DNA from: Minisyncoccota bacterium
GTDB taxonomy: Bacteria > Patescibacteriota > Minisyncoccia > Phycocordibacterales > UBA9973
Assembly (NCBI GenBank): GCA_041666225.1
Contig: JBAYHJ010000004.1
Span: forward strand, 4,350-68,349
Length of the DNA stretch: 64,000 nucleotides
Direction: 5' to 3'
This document shows positions 29,340 to 37,795 of this stretch, piece by piece. Position 1 is the first letter of the stretch, and every line of letters begins with the position of its first letter. The notes beneath the pieces are model-generated. The model was given only the letters and a program-made list of their open reading frames with translations. It was not told the DNA's origin and ran no database searches. Position numbers and translations under genes: made by a program.

Positions 29340-30266
29340 ATGTACGATTTAATAATATTAGGAGGAGGGCCAGCAGGTACTGCAGCTGCAGTATATGCAG
29401 CCCGAAAACAATTAAAAACTGCGATTATCACAAATGAGTTTGGTGGCCAATCTATAGTGTCAGAAACTATATATAACTGGATAGGCACACCAGAAATTTC
29501 AGGAGCCGAACTGGCTGAAAATCTTAAAAAACATACTCTTTACTACAAAGGACCTTTTTTGGATATAGTAGAAGGAGAAAAAATTACTGAAATAACTAAA
29601 AATAATAATTCATTTATAATAAAAACAGAGAGTGGTAAAACCTATGAAAGCAGGTCTGTTTTGATAACTACAGGGAGTAGTAGAAGAAAATTGCAAGCAA
29701 TAAATGCAGATTTATATGAACACAAAGGAATAACATATTGTGCTTCTTGTGATGGACCAATGTTTGCTGATCAAGATGTCCTTGTTATTGGCGGAGGAAA
29801 TGCTGCTTTTGAGACATCTATCCAATTACTTGCTTACTGCAAGAGTGTAACTCTGATACATCGAAGTGCTGAGTTTAGAGCTGATCAAATAACAATAAAT
29901 AAAATTTTACAAAATCCTAAATTCAAAGCTATTACAAATGCTGAAATATTAAAAGTTGATGGTGACAAATTTGTTAGTTCTCTTACATATAAAGATAAAA
30001 TTACGGGAGAAGAAAATACCCTTGAAACAACTGGCATCTTTGTAGAAATAGGACAAACTCCAAATACTTCATTTGCAAAAAATATTGTTGAAATTGATCA
30101 AATTGGCAAGATAGTAGTTGACCCAATGACTCAAATGAGTTCAACCCCTGGTATATGGGCCGCTGGTGACTGTTCTAACGGCAGATATCACCAAAATAAC
30201 ATTGCGGTCGGCGACGCTGTCAAAGCTCTCGAAGACGCATATATTTGGATACATAAAAATAAATAA
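29340..30266 (+). CDS. trxB: thioredoxin-disulfide reductase
   Basis: ..ILGGGPAGTAAAVYAAR.. (FAD motif), a CASC redox centre and a GGGNAA NADPH motif. Confidence 0.85.
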   Translation: MYDLIILGGGPAGTAAAVYAARKQLKTAIITNEFGGQSIVSETIYNWIGTPEISGAELAENLKKHTLYYKGPFLDIVEGEKITEITKNNNSFIIKTESGKTYESRSVLITTGSSRRKLQAINADLYEHKGITYCASCDGPMFADQDVLVIGGGNAAFETSIQLLAYCKSVTLIHRSAEFRADQITINKILQNPKFKAITNAEILKVDGDKFVSSLTYKDKITGEENTLETTGIFVEIGQTPNTSFAKNIVEIDQIGKIVVDPMTQMSSTPGIWAAGDCSNGRYHQNNIAVGDAVKALEDAYIWIHKNK

Positions 30267-30280
30267 AACGTAATAAAAGT

Positions 30281-30368
30281 ATTCTCGAGCGAACCCTTGC
30301 GCAGGCCGACTGGGCCGAGCAGAGCAAAATCTCAGCAGAGATTTATGCGTGGTGAGTCCGAGAATATT
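30281..30368 (+). other. GC-rich multi-hairpin element closed by a long-range stem (attctcg...cgagaat) and followed by T5; a complex terminator or 3'-UTR structured RNA
   Basis: About 55% GC in a genome of about 33% GC. Nested hairpins are present (ggcc-gactg-ggcc; aaatctc-agcag-agattt). It lies between convergent genes. Confidence 0.3.
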
Positions 30369-30392
30369 TTTATGGAGTGTTTATGAAAAAAA

Positions 30393-31154
30393 TTACAAAT
30401 TTTGATTAATCAAAATTCCTTCAAGAATTTCTAATTCCGCTTTTGAATTTGGTTGGAAAATTTCCATCATATTTTTAAGAGGAATACCTTCAACCTTCTT
30501 TCCCTCTTTAAATGCAAGTTTTATTAAATCCGGTAAATAATACTCTCCGGCAGCATTATCATTTTTAATTTTATTTAAATTCTCCCATAACCAAACAGAA
30601 TCAAAAGCATAAATAGCGGGATTAATTTCTTTTATTTCTCTTTGCTCATCTGTCGCATCTTTATATTCTATAACTTCAGAAACCTCACCTTTTTCATTTC
30701 GCATAATTCTCCCTAGGAAAAATGCTCCTTGTCTCCATTCTTTAAAATCTGGTAAGACAACAGTTCCCATTGTTATCATAGCTCCGCTTTTTTTATGAGC
30801 CTCTACAATACTTTCAATCGTATCCCTTGAAATGAGAGGTTGGTCATTTGATAAAACTAAAACAGTATCATGATCTGGATGAACATTACTTTTTGCAGAT
30901 AGCACCGCATGCCCAGTTCCTAATTGTTCTTTCTGATGAGCATAATTTCTATTTTCACCAAAAACCTCAAAAATCCTTTCTTTCTTATGACCGACGACGA
31001 TTACTGGTTCAATTGGTAAATTCAAATGTGAAACTGTATCTAAAATATGTTGCAAAAATGGCTTCCCACGTAGCATTGCAAGAGCTTTGGGATCATCCGA
31101 TTCCATTCTCTTTCCTTTCCCTGCTGCCAAAATAATTATTTGTGTATTTTTCAT
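30393..31154 (-). CDS. sugar-1-phosphate nucleotidyltransferase; a GlmU-like N-terminal uridylyltransferase domain without the acetyltransferase LbH domain
   Basis: ..[11 protein letters not shown].. and ..QLGTGHAV.. motifs. Only 253 aa. Confidence 0.65.
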   Translation of the reverse strand: MKNTQIIILAAGKGKRMESDDPKALAMLRGKPFLQHILDTVSHLNLPIEPVIVVGHKKERIFEVFGENRNYAHQKEQLGTGHAVLSAKSNVHPDHDTVLVLSNDQPLISRDTIESIVEAHKKSGAMITMGTVVLPDFKEWRQGAFFLGRIMRNEKGEVSEVIEYKDATDEQREIKEINPAIYAFDSVWLWENLNKIKNDNAAGEYYLPDLIKLAFKEGKKVEGIPLKNMMEIFQPNSKAELEILEGILINQNL

Positions 31155-31155
31155 G

Positions 31156-31228
31156 TGCGCGATACAGGAGTCGAACCTGTGACATCGTCAACGTCAATGA
31201 CGCGCTCTACCAACTGAGCTAACCGCGC
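31156..31228 (-). tRNA. tRNA-Val (anticodon GAC); CCA not encoded
   Basis: Manual fold of GCGCGGT-TA-GCTC-AGTTGGTA-GAGC-G-CGTCA-TTGACGT-TGACG-ATGTC-ACAGG-TTCGACT-CCTGT-ATCGCGC-A as a canonical cloverleaf. Confidence 0.8.
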
Positions 31229-31280
31229 AAAACTTTTCATATTTAAAAAATAAATTCCACCTTTTTTATCCCGTTCAAGG

Positions 31281-31367
31281 CGGAAGCGGTGAGATTCGAA
31301 CTCACGATACGGTTTCCCGCATGTCACTTTTCGAAAGTGATGCCTTCAACCTCTCAGCCACGCTTCC
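31281..31367 (-). tRNA. tRNA-Ser (anticodon CGA), type II with a long variable arm; CC encoded but not the full CCA
   Basis: The sequence GGAAGCGTGGCTGAGAGGTTGAAGGCATCACTTTCGAAAAGTGACATGCGGGAAACCGTATCGTGAGTTCGAATCTCACCGCTTCCG aligns closely to canonical bacterial tRNA-Ser. Confidence 0.8.
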
Positions 31368-31412
31368 CTATAAACACCACAACAGTATACAAAAATAAGG
31401 CTTAAAAATCAA

Positions 31413-32042
31413 TTATACCTTTAAAACCTCCTTATTTAACATATGCCCATTATTATCTAAATCATAAAATATTACATCTCCAAAATCCATCTCTAAACCA
31501 GAAACACCTTCATCGGAAATATTTTCTATATATTTAATAATTGATCGCAAAGAATTGCCGTGTGCTACTATTAAAACATCTTTCTCTTCTTTTAAAATTG
31601 GCAAAATTTTATTTAAGAAAAATGGAACAGACCTCTCATATACCATCTTCAAACTTTCTCCATTTGTAATTGGTGTATCCCACCCACGTCTCAATTTAAC
31701 AAATTCATCATGGCCCAATTCTTTTTCTATCTCCCATTTATTTTTACCAGTATAGTCTCCATAATCGCGTTCATTTATTTCTTTTGCAACTTCAATAGGT
31801 ATATTATTATTTACATTTCTAACAGAAAGTATTTGTTCCAATGTTTCTCGTGTCCTTTTTAGAGTTGAAATAAAAACATAATCAAAATGAAAATCTTTTA
31901 TTTTTTCTCCTATCTCTTTAGCCTTTTTAAAACCATCTGCCGACAAACTAATATCAGTAAAACCTGTCCATTTACCTAGTTTATTCCATTCTGATTCCTG
32001 ATGCCTAATTAATACAAGTTTACCCATTTTTTGTGTTTCCAT
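31413..32042 (-). CDS. gpmA: 2,3-bisphosphoglycerate-dependent phosphoglycerate mutase
   Basis: ..LVLIRHQESEWN.. (RHGE-type catalytic His motif) and a histidine phosphatase fold. Confidence 0.75.
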   Translation of the reverse strand: METQKMGKLVLIRHQESEWNKLGKWTGFTDISLSADGFKKAKEIGEKIKDFHFDYVFISTLKRTRETLEQILSVRNVNNNIPIEVAKEINERDYGDYTGKNKWEIEKELGHDEFVKLRRGWDTPITNGESLKMVYERSVPFFLNKILPILKEEKDVLIVAHGNSLRSIIKYIENISDEGVSGLEMDFGDVIFYDLDNNGHMLNKEVLKV

Positions 32043-32130
32043 CTATTAATTATATCAAAAATCTAATTTAATTGAAATTATATTATAAGATTATAAAGAG
32101 TTTTTCGCTGAATTATGATAAAATAGCTAT

Positions 32131-32967
32131 ATGAAAATAAATTATGGTGTAAAAATTTCTCCTCCAACTATAGAAATAGCCAGAGCTTTTGGCTCAAATG
32201 AAGAACCAGTTCCACTCAAAGGTGGTCAAAATACTTCATATGTCGCTGGGAACATTGTTTTGAAACCAGCTGGAGGAAAAAGTGGCACCGAGTGGAGAGC
32301 CCAAGTTTTTAGTAGTTTACCAGAAAGTAGAGAAGTGCGTTTTCATAGACCCATAAAATCAATTCATGGCGATTGGGCATATGAGGGCTATGTAGCTTGG
32401 GCTTTTTTGAAAGGAGAACATGTGAAAGGACAATACGATAAAAAATTAAAAGCTAGTCGTGCATTTCATGAGCTATTAAAGGGAGTTCCCCAACCTGAAG
32501 GTTTAAAAACCCCAAAAGGTCCATGGTCTACTGGTAATTGGGTTGCACTCGGTCAAAAAGAATTTAATTACGATAAGGAATTTATGGATTTATATAACCA
32601 AATTAAACCGCATTTAAAACCTTTGCCAGAAGATAGACAACTAGTTCATGGTGATATGTTTCAAAATTTTATTTTAGACGAAATTTTACCCCCAGCTCTG
32701 ATAGATTTTTCTGGTGTTTGGGCACCGAATGGTTTTGCCGAAGGTATTATGCTTGCTGATGCCATAAATTGGGGAAACGCTACTCCAGAAGAATTAGAAG
32801 TATTTAAACAAGTTCCCAACATTGAACAAATGGCATGGAGGGGTGCCCTAACTAGAATTAGTGAGCAAGCGGAACATATTAAATTCTTTGGGAAAGAAAA
32901 AGCTGATGCTGTACAAGAGGCTAGAAATTTACAAAAGGTATTTGACTATTTGAATCAAAATTTTTAA
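32131..32967 (+). CDS. phosphotransferase (APH/ChoK-like kinase fold) family protein
   Basis: ..LVHGDMFQNFIL.. (HGDxxxxN catalytic loop) and ..IDFSG.. (DFG-like motif). Confidence 0.4.
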   Translation: MKINYGVKISPPTIEIARAFGSNEEPVPLKGGQNTSYVAGNIVLKPAGGKSGTEWRAQVFSSLPESREVRFHRPIKSIHGDWAYEGYVAWAFLKGEHVKGQYDKKLKASRAFHELLKGVPQPEGLKTPKGPWSTGNWVALGQKEFNYDKEFMDLYNQIKPHLKPLPEDRQLVHGDMFQNFILDEILPPALIDFSGVWAPNGFAEGIMLADAINWGNATPEELEVFKQVPNIEQMAWRGALTRISEQAEHIKFFGKEKADAVQEARNLQKVFDYLNQNF

Positions 32968-32987
32968 AGATTTAATTCACTAAAATC

Positions 32988-33072
32988 TGTGACCCTTTGT
33001 AGTTCAAATTGGAATCAGACTGTTGAAAATATAAGGGGATTTAGTAAATTAACAATGGAAACTAATTAATAT
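32988..33072. repeat. about 85-nt repeat A (tgtgaccctttgtagttcaaattggaatcagac...ataagggg...aactaattaata) with a degenerate tRNA-Glu 3'-end-like 5' part
   Basis: Near-identical to repeat C at 34234 and partially to repeat B at 33775. It begins with the same tgtgaccct as the tRNA-Glu 3' end (35555). Confidence 0.6.
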
Positions 33073-33073
33073 A

Positions 33074-33628
33074 TTATTTATCTTTCTGAAAATTAATCAT
33101 ATCTGTGTTAGAAAATATTCTAGACACTGAAGATTCTTTTATCATTCCAAGAGAAGGATTCATTCCAAATCCTATGTATTCAATTTTTTTATTTTTATAT
33201 TTAATAACATATTTAATTGCTGGAATAAGATCAGTATCTGAACTAATTACGATTGCTGTATCATATAAATTATCTACAGCCCCTATTACTAAATCTACTG
33301 ATAATTTTACATCTACCCCCTTCTCTCTTATTTTACCATCATCATACATGATCTTACCTGGTTTTACACCAAAACCTTCTGCTCTTAAACTTTCCAAAAA
33401 CTTCTGTTGACTTTTCACCATTTTTTCACCTTTTTCTGTATTATCTACATCTCTGACTATTCCAACATAATATCTTTTTGAGAATAACTTTCTATCTCCA
33501 ACTAAATGATCAATAAAATTAGAGTAATTTACTCTTTTTGATTGTTGCGGTATTCCTATGCTTTTTAAGCTTCTATATAGATTGCCTCCATCTATGTATA
33601 TTGCAACTGTTTCTATTTTATTATTCAT
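33074..33628 (-). CDS. NYN-domain (LabA-like, PIN-like) protein
   Basis: ..VAIYIDGGNLYRS.. and ..IVISSDTDLIPAI.., the hallmark NYN/LabA motifs. Confidence 0.65.
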   Translation of the reverse strand: MNNKIETVAIYIDGGNLYRSLKSIGIPQQSKRVNYSNFIDHLVGDRKLFSKRYYVGIVRDVDNTEKGEKMVKSQQKFLESLRAEGFGVKPGKIMYDDGKIREKGVDVKLSVDLVIGAVDNLYDTAIVISSDTDLIPAIKYVIKYKNKKIEYIGFGMNPSLGMIKESSVSRIFSNTDMINFQKDK

Positions 33629-33671
33629 ACAATTATAATTTTAACATATTTTAAACATAACAAAAACCACC

Positions 33672-33704
33672 TCTGCCCGTGAGGACAGAGGTGGTGCTGT
33701 TAGT
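33672..33704 (-). terminator. hairpin ccacctctg..cagaggtgg followed by T5 on the minus strand
   Basis: 9-bp perfect stem plus TTTTTGTT on the reverse strand. Confidence 0.4.
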
Positions 33705-33774
33705 ACTCGCATTATATACTAATATAGTAAATTGATCAATATGACTGTGGATAACTATAATTTAATCCATATTG

Positions 33775-33818
33775 AATAAAATTGGAATCAAATTATAGAA
33801 AATATAAGGGTATTTACT
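33775..33818. repeat. partial repeat B (attggaatcaaattatagaaaatataagggtattta), related to the 3' half of repeats A and C
   Basis: Sequence similarity to 33011-33050 and 34254-34290. Confidence 0.5.
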
Positions 33819-33896
33819 TCCCTATCTTGCCAAAATGAATGATTTATTGTATTATAAATAAAATTGAAAATGTTATGAACCTTAAACTTTACTGTC

Positions 33897-34121
33897 ATGA
33901 AAACAAAAAAGATTTTTGAGATAAGCTTTACTATTGCAATTATTTTCTTTATAGGAATCATCGCAAGTAGCTTTCTCTCTAAACACAATGTAAGCACCGG
34001 GATTATCAACATCAAAACTGTTTGGTCAATTTGCATTTATGCATGGGGGTCATCTTTTGCTGTTGCAATAATTTTTGGCATTAAAACCTTTTTGGACAAA
34101 AAGTTTCCCCGGGTGAGTTAG
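33897..34121 (+). CDS. small two-TM membrane protein (hypothetical)
   Basis: 74 aa with two hydrophobic helices. A plus-strand hairpin plus T-tract follows at about 34150-34175. It overlaps the antisense ORF 33788..34036, so only one of the two is likely real. Confidence 0.3.
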   Translation: MKTKKIFEISFTIAIIFFIGIIASSFLSKHNVSTGIINIKTVWSICIYAWGSSFAVAIIFGIKTFLDKKFPRVS

Positions 34122-34233
34122 CCAATAATGATACTCACAAAAAATAAACCCTGCGAAAGCGGGGTTTAAATTTGCTCTAAATTATATTTTAGAATCAAAA
34201 CAAACCTTATTATATAAGGATATAAATTACGCT

Positions 34234-34302
34234 GTGACCCTTTGTAGTTCAAATTGGAATCAGATTATAGATAATATAAGGGTATTTAAGGAACTAATTA
34301 AT
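34234..34302. repeat. repeat C, a copy of repeat A
   Basis: tgtgaccctttgtagttcaaattggaatcagattatagataatataagggtatttaaggaactaattaata. It lies at the 3' end of gene 34298..34666. Confidence 0.6.
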
Positions 34303-34666
34303 ATTTAACATTAAGATACTCTTGCATTTTACTGGCTTTAAATTTAATAAAAGCAACATTTTCACTAATTTTATCTGCTACACCAGATACAAATTGTCCA
34401 AAATTTCTCCTTTCTTCTTCGTTCTTTATTTTTGATGTTAAATTACGAAGAGAGGTTTCTATTTGACTCAATTTTGAAGCATCTTGTAGTAATACTTCTA
34501 AATCATCTCCTAATCCATTTTTTGTAAAATTTTCAACTGAATTTACTATTTTAGATAATTTTGATTTTAAATCATCCATATCTGAATAATCATTTAAATC
34601 ATTAGCAATTATTCCAAAACTAAAAGAATCTTGATTTTTTGCCATTCCTCGTAATACAAAAGACAA
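34298..34666 (-). CDS. hypothetical protein; possibly the C-terminal part of a frameshifted coiled-coil gene
   Basis: 122-aa ORF starting 5 nt after the stop of the upstream ORF 34672..35259. A T6 homopolymer sits at the junction. Confidence 0.35.
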   Translation of the reverse strand: MSFVLRGMAKNQDSFSFGIIANDLNDYSDMDDLKSKLSKIVNSVENFTKNGLGDDLEVLLQDASKLSQIETSLRNLTSKIKNEEERRNFGQFVSGVADKISENVAFIKFKASKMQEYLNVKY

Positions 34667-34671
34667 TCCTT

Positions 34672-35259
34672 CTAATTCATCTTTAATAAATTTTTGCTCA
34701 AGAATATTTTTTCAGTATTCTCACTTTTATTAACTTCTTGTTTTTTAATTTCGAAATTTAATTTATTTTCTAAATCTTTTTGTATTAACAAAAGATTACC
34801 TAAATTTTCTTTTTTATCAAGAAGAGATGGAATATCTTCTGAAGATGGCATTCCTAGTTTTAAACGCAATTCATTTAGCTTGTTGGTAGTACTTACAATA
34901 TCATTTTTTGTTTTTTCTATCTCGCCATCAATTTTTTCTTTTTCTGTTTTCATTTTCTCAAAGTCAGAAATATCACCGATTTTAGGAGAAGTAAGATTTT
35001 CTTTTGAGGTTGCAAACTTTTTATATTCATCAATTGTTTCTATTTTATCGTCCACTTTTTTACTTTCTAGAAGATTTGCACTAAAATTATCAGCAAAGCG
35101 ATATCCATATTTATCTGTATCACCTCTATCTTTATATTCTTTATCTTGATCAGGAATAGTATCATATTCTTTCTGAAGTTCATCTTGGCGTTTGATGGCC
35201 TCTTGTCTTTCAAGAGAAAGGTTTCTTTCTTGATTTGGTTGGGAAAATGTTTCATTCAT
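34672..35259 (-). CDS. hypothetical coiled-coil protein; possibly the N-terminal part of a split gene
   Basis: 195 aa, highly charged with a K/E-rich heptad-like sequence. Confidence 0.4.
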   Translation of the reverse strand: MNETFSQPNQERNLSLERQEAIKRQDELQKEYDTIPDQDKEYKDRGDTDKYGYRFADNFSANLLESKKVDDKIETIDEYKKFATSKENLTSPKIGDISDFEKMKTEKEKIDGEIEKTKNDIVSTTNKLNELRLKLGMPSSEDIPSLLDKKENLGNLLLIQKDLENKLNFEIKKQEVNKSENTEKIFLSKNLLKMN

Positions 35260-35347
35260 ATGATATTTATTATATCAGATTCCAAATCATAAAAATATCC
35301 TATTGGGTCTTTAGAAATAACCTATACGAAATAAGTGTTTTAAATGA

Positions 35348-35377
35348 TGTGACCCTACCGGGAACGTGATTACACTT
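35348..35377. repeat. direct duplicate of the tRNA-Glu 3'-terminal 17 nt (tgtgaccctaccgggaa) plus a diverged extension; att-like scar
   Basis: An exact 17-nt match to 35555-35571 lies 207 bp away in the same orientation. An inverted copy (tagggtcaca) is at 35504-35513. Confidence 0.6.
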
Positions 35378-35505
35378 ATCTCCCTCGACTAAAACTTTTT
35401 CGTCAAAAAGTTTTGTCTGGGCACCAGTTCATCCATTTTTCTTGCTAGAAAAATATGATTCCGCTGTTCGATTCCCGGACGCAAATAAAGCAGTTTATTT
35501 GCTTA

Positions 35506-35563
35506 GGGTCACAAATGCTAAAAAAGCCTTATTTTATAAGGCTTTTTTAGCATTTGTGACCCT
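35506..35563. repeat. 58-nt perfect palindrome whose right arm is the tRNA-Glu 3' end; it doubles as the tRNA terminator hairpin
   Basis: gggtcacaaatgctaaaaaagcctta-tttta-taaggcttttttagcatttgtgaccc. Confidence 0.6.
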
Positions 35564-35628
35564 ACCGGGAATCGAACCCGGATTACCGGCTTGAAAAGCC
35601 GATGTCCTAACCGTTAGACGATAAGGCC
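35557..35628 (-). tRNA. tRNA-Glu (anticodon TTC); CCA not encoded
   Basis: The sequence GGCCTTA-TC-GTC..TTAGGAC-A-TCGGC-TTTTCAA-GCCGG-TAAT-CCGGG-TTCGATT-CCCGG-TAGGGTC-A aligns to canonical tRNA-Glu. The acceptor stem has two G-U pairs. Confidence 0.75.
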
Positions 35629-35823
35629 GATGTAATTACTAATGAATAATTACTAATTAATAATTGTAATCCGAAGATAACCAATGTTTATGAGTTCTAA
35701 ATAATTAGTAATCAGTAACTGGTAATCATTAATTACTTGTGAGTATAGCATTTTTGTTGGAAAAATCAAATATTTTATTCAATAAAGAGCTTAAAACATA
35801 AGCATATTTTGTTAAATTCTAAC

Positions 35824-35852
35824 TTGACAAATGACCCTTATGGTGATATAAT
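35824..35852 (+). promoter_or_regulatory. consensus sigma-70-type promoter (TTGACA-17 nt-TATAAT) followed by an about 150-nt structured leader
   Basis: ttgaca aatgacccttatggtga tataat. An inverted repeat downstream (gatttgattatttt ... aaaataatcaaatc) brackets a GC-rich loop before the 35998 start. Confidence 0.5.
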
Positions 35853-35997
35853 ACTATTAAATAGGTAGATTTTTGACAAAATGTTGTTACTTACATTGAT
35901 TTGATTATTTTGCGCGTTAAACCTTCTTCTCCCTCCAAGCCCTTAGCGACTAAAATAATCAAATCAAATAAATTAAACAACTAAAAAATCAAACAAA

Positions 35998-37086
35998 ATG
36001 AAAACACTATTAATTTTGAGTCTTAGTACTGGAATGGTATGGGGATTAACAATTGGAATAATTATTTCAATCCTGGTATTGTTTTTGTTGTTAATATATT
36101 ATGTATTAGCACCAAACAATATTTTCTTTACTTTTGGTAGAGAAAATCGTGTTATGTATACAATGCGAGGAAAGGAATTCTCTGGAAAGGTAATACTTCC
36201 GTCAAAAACTCTTTATGTTAATACGGAGGATAATTACGCAATCAAAAAAATTGCAGACCTCACAAATCCAAAAGAATCCGATAAGTATAAACCTTTTGGT
36301 ATACTTGGAATGCATTGGGTTGGAATTTATCCATTCTATAAGATTTATGAACGTCGCCAGCAATGGCTTGAATGGAAATCACTAGAAGGAGGAAAGAGAA
36401 AGATAATACTTCGAGATGAAATGTCTCCATTTTTAATCGCTAAACCATTCGAATACGCAATGATGACGGATGAAGCTGAAGATGAACATGGGATGCCATT
36501 AAATGTATTTTTCACTGTAACTCTTGTGCCAACAAATGCCCTATCTCCTATGTTTGGAAATGATAATGCTTACGGACAAGTGCAAACAAAATGCATATCC
36601 CAGGTTTTGCTTTTCACAAAGAAAAAAACCTTTTCAACCTTAGGGGGAGATAACAAAACTTCCAACGTTACAAATGATGAGTTTTCGGTACTGTTGCGTA
36701 GTCTTAATGAAACAATTCCTGGTAATAATATTGGGGATGGAATTAAGAAAATTCTCGGTTATGAAATTATAGATGCTATGTTAAATAATGTCGTAATCGG
36801 TGGTGAAAATGCAAAAGAACTTCTTGATGCTTCAACTTTGGAATATATTGCTATTGAAAAAAAGAAAGCAAAAATAGCTGATGCCGAGGGTGATTTACAG
36901 GCAACATTATTAAATGTTCAAGGACAAGAAGCTAAGTTTAAAATTCAAACGGATTTTTATAAAAACTTATCTAATGTTCCAGGAGCTATGGATGTTGAAA
37001 AAAGGAAAGCTACGCCAGGCCTTACTACTTTAGTAGAAGGTGATGGGGATAAAAAAACAAGCTTAATTATAGGAGGAAACAAATAG
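35998..37086 (+). CDS. SPFH/Band-7 (stomatin/flotillin-like) domain membrane protein
   Basis: 362 aa with an N-terminal TM helix. The C-terminal segment ..AIEKKKAKIADAEGDLQATLLNVQGQEAKFKIQ.. resembles the SPFH coiled-coil. Confidence 0.45.
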   Translation: MKTLLILSLSTGMVWGLTIGIIISILVLFLLLIYYVLAPNNIFFTFGRENRVMYTMRGKEFSGKVILPSKTLYVNTEDNYAIKKIADLTNPKESDKYKPFGILGMHWVGIYPFYKIYERRQQWLEWKSLEGGKRKIILRDEMSPFLIAKPFEYAMMTDEAEDEHGMPLNVFFTVTLVPTNALSPMFGNDNAYGQVQTKCISQVLLFTKKKTFSTLGGDNKTSNVTNDEFSVLLRSLNETIPGNNIGDGIKKILGYEIIDAMLNNVVIGGENAKELLDASTLEYIAIEKKKAKIADAEGDLQATLLNVQGQEAKFKIQTDFYKNLSNVPGAMDVEKRKATPGLTTLVEGDGDKKTSLIIGGNK

Positions 37087-37724
37087 TGGGGAATTTTTTA
37101 ATTGGATTATCGATACCAATAGGTATTTTAATTCTGTTGATTCTGGTGATATTTTTGATAATCAAATTTTCCCAAAGAAAATCAACTTCTAAACTTCAAA
37201 AAGATCAAGGATCATCTACTCAAAGTGAACCAGCCAGTGGGAACACAAATCCCCCGTCAGCTGATCATGGTCATGATACTCCTAAAAAGAAGTCAAAATT
37301 TTGGAGTAGCCTAGGTGCAATTGCTGGTGTTATAGCTCTCATTGTTTTTGTACTTTGGGCTGTCAGTTTTGGGATAAAGACAGTAAAATACCTTAGTGAC
37401 TTTTTTACCCTTGAAGAAAATAAAGTTCATCCAAAAAGCCTTCCTGAAAAATCACTTCCTGATTCAATAATAACACTCAAAGATACAATCATTGAGTATT
37501 ATCATTTGAGTAAAGGTTCACAAAAAGTGATTTATACTCGACCGGGTTACAATTATATCCGGCACAGTGGGGGCTGGAAATATTATTGTAAGACACAAAA
37601 TGAACCTTATTTCACCATCCACGGAGGCAATCCACCCATAGCTGATGATGTTGGAATAAAATATTTTTATGTTAAATTCTACGAAGTAGAATGTGACATA
37701 AAAATAATATTTGTAAAAATATAA
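37086..37724 (+). CDS. membrane protein with a beta-rich C-terminal domain; candidate NfeD-like partner of the SPFH protein
   Basis: 212 aa with two TM helices and a C-terminal beta-rich region. It is translationally coupled to the upstream gene (ATG overlaps the stop). Confidence 0.35.
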   Translation: MGNFLIGLSIPIGILILLILVIFLIIKFSQRKSTSKLQKDQGSSTQSEPASGNTNPPSADHGHDTPKKKSKFWSSLGAIAGVIALIVFVLWAVSFGIKTVKYLSDFFTLEENKVHPKSLPEKSLPDSIITLKDTIIEYYHLSKGSQKVIYTRPGYNYIRHSGGWKYYCKTQNEPYFTIHGGNPPIADDVGIKYFYVKFYEVECDIKIIFVKI

Positions 37725-37749
37725 TTTGTACATTTTAAAAAACAAAAAA

Positions 37750-37777
37750 ACGTCCTCAAAAAGGACGTTTTTCTTTT
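37750..37777. terminator. bidirectional terminator hairpin (acgtcct-caaaaa-ggacgt with flanking A7/T-runs) between convergent genes
   Basis: Perfect 7-bp stem with flanking A and T tracts. Confidence 0.55.
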
Positions 37778-37795
37778 TCATAATTTTATTTCAAA

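Noticed and set aside
32988-34302. Repeats A, B and C considered as a CRISPR array or integron attC sites
   Set aside because: The repeats are 45-85 nt, imperfect and spaced about 0.8-1.2 kb apart with genes between them, so this is not a CRISPR architecture. No intI integrase or clear attC core and inverse-core sites (GTTRRRY) were recognisable, so the integron interpretation is unsupported.
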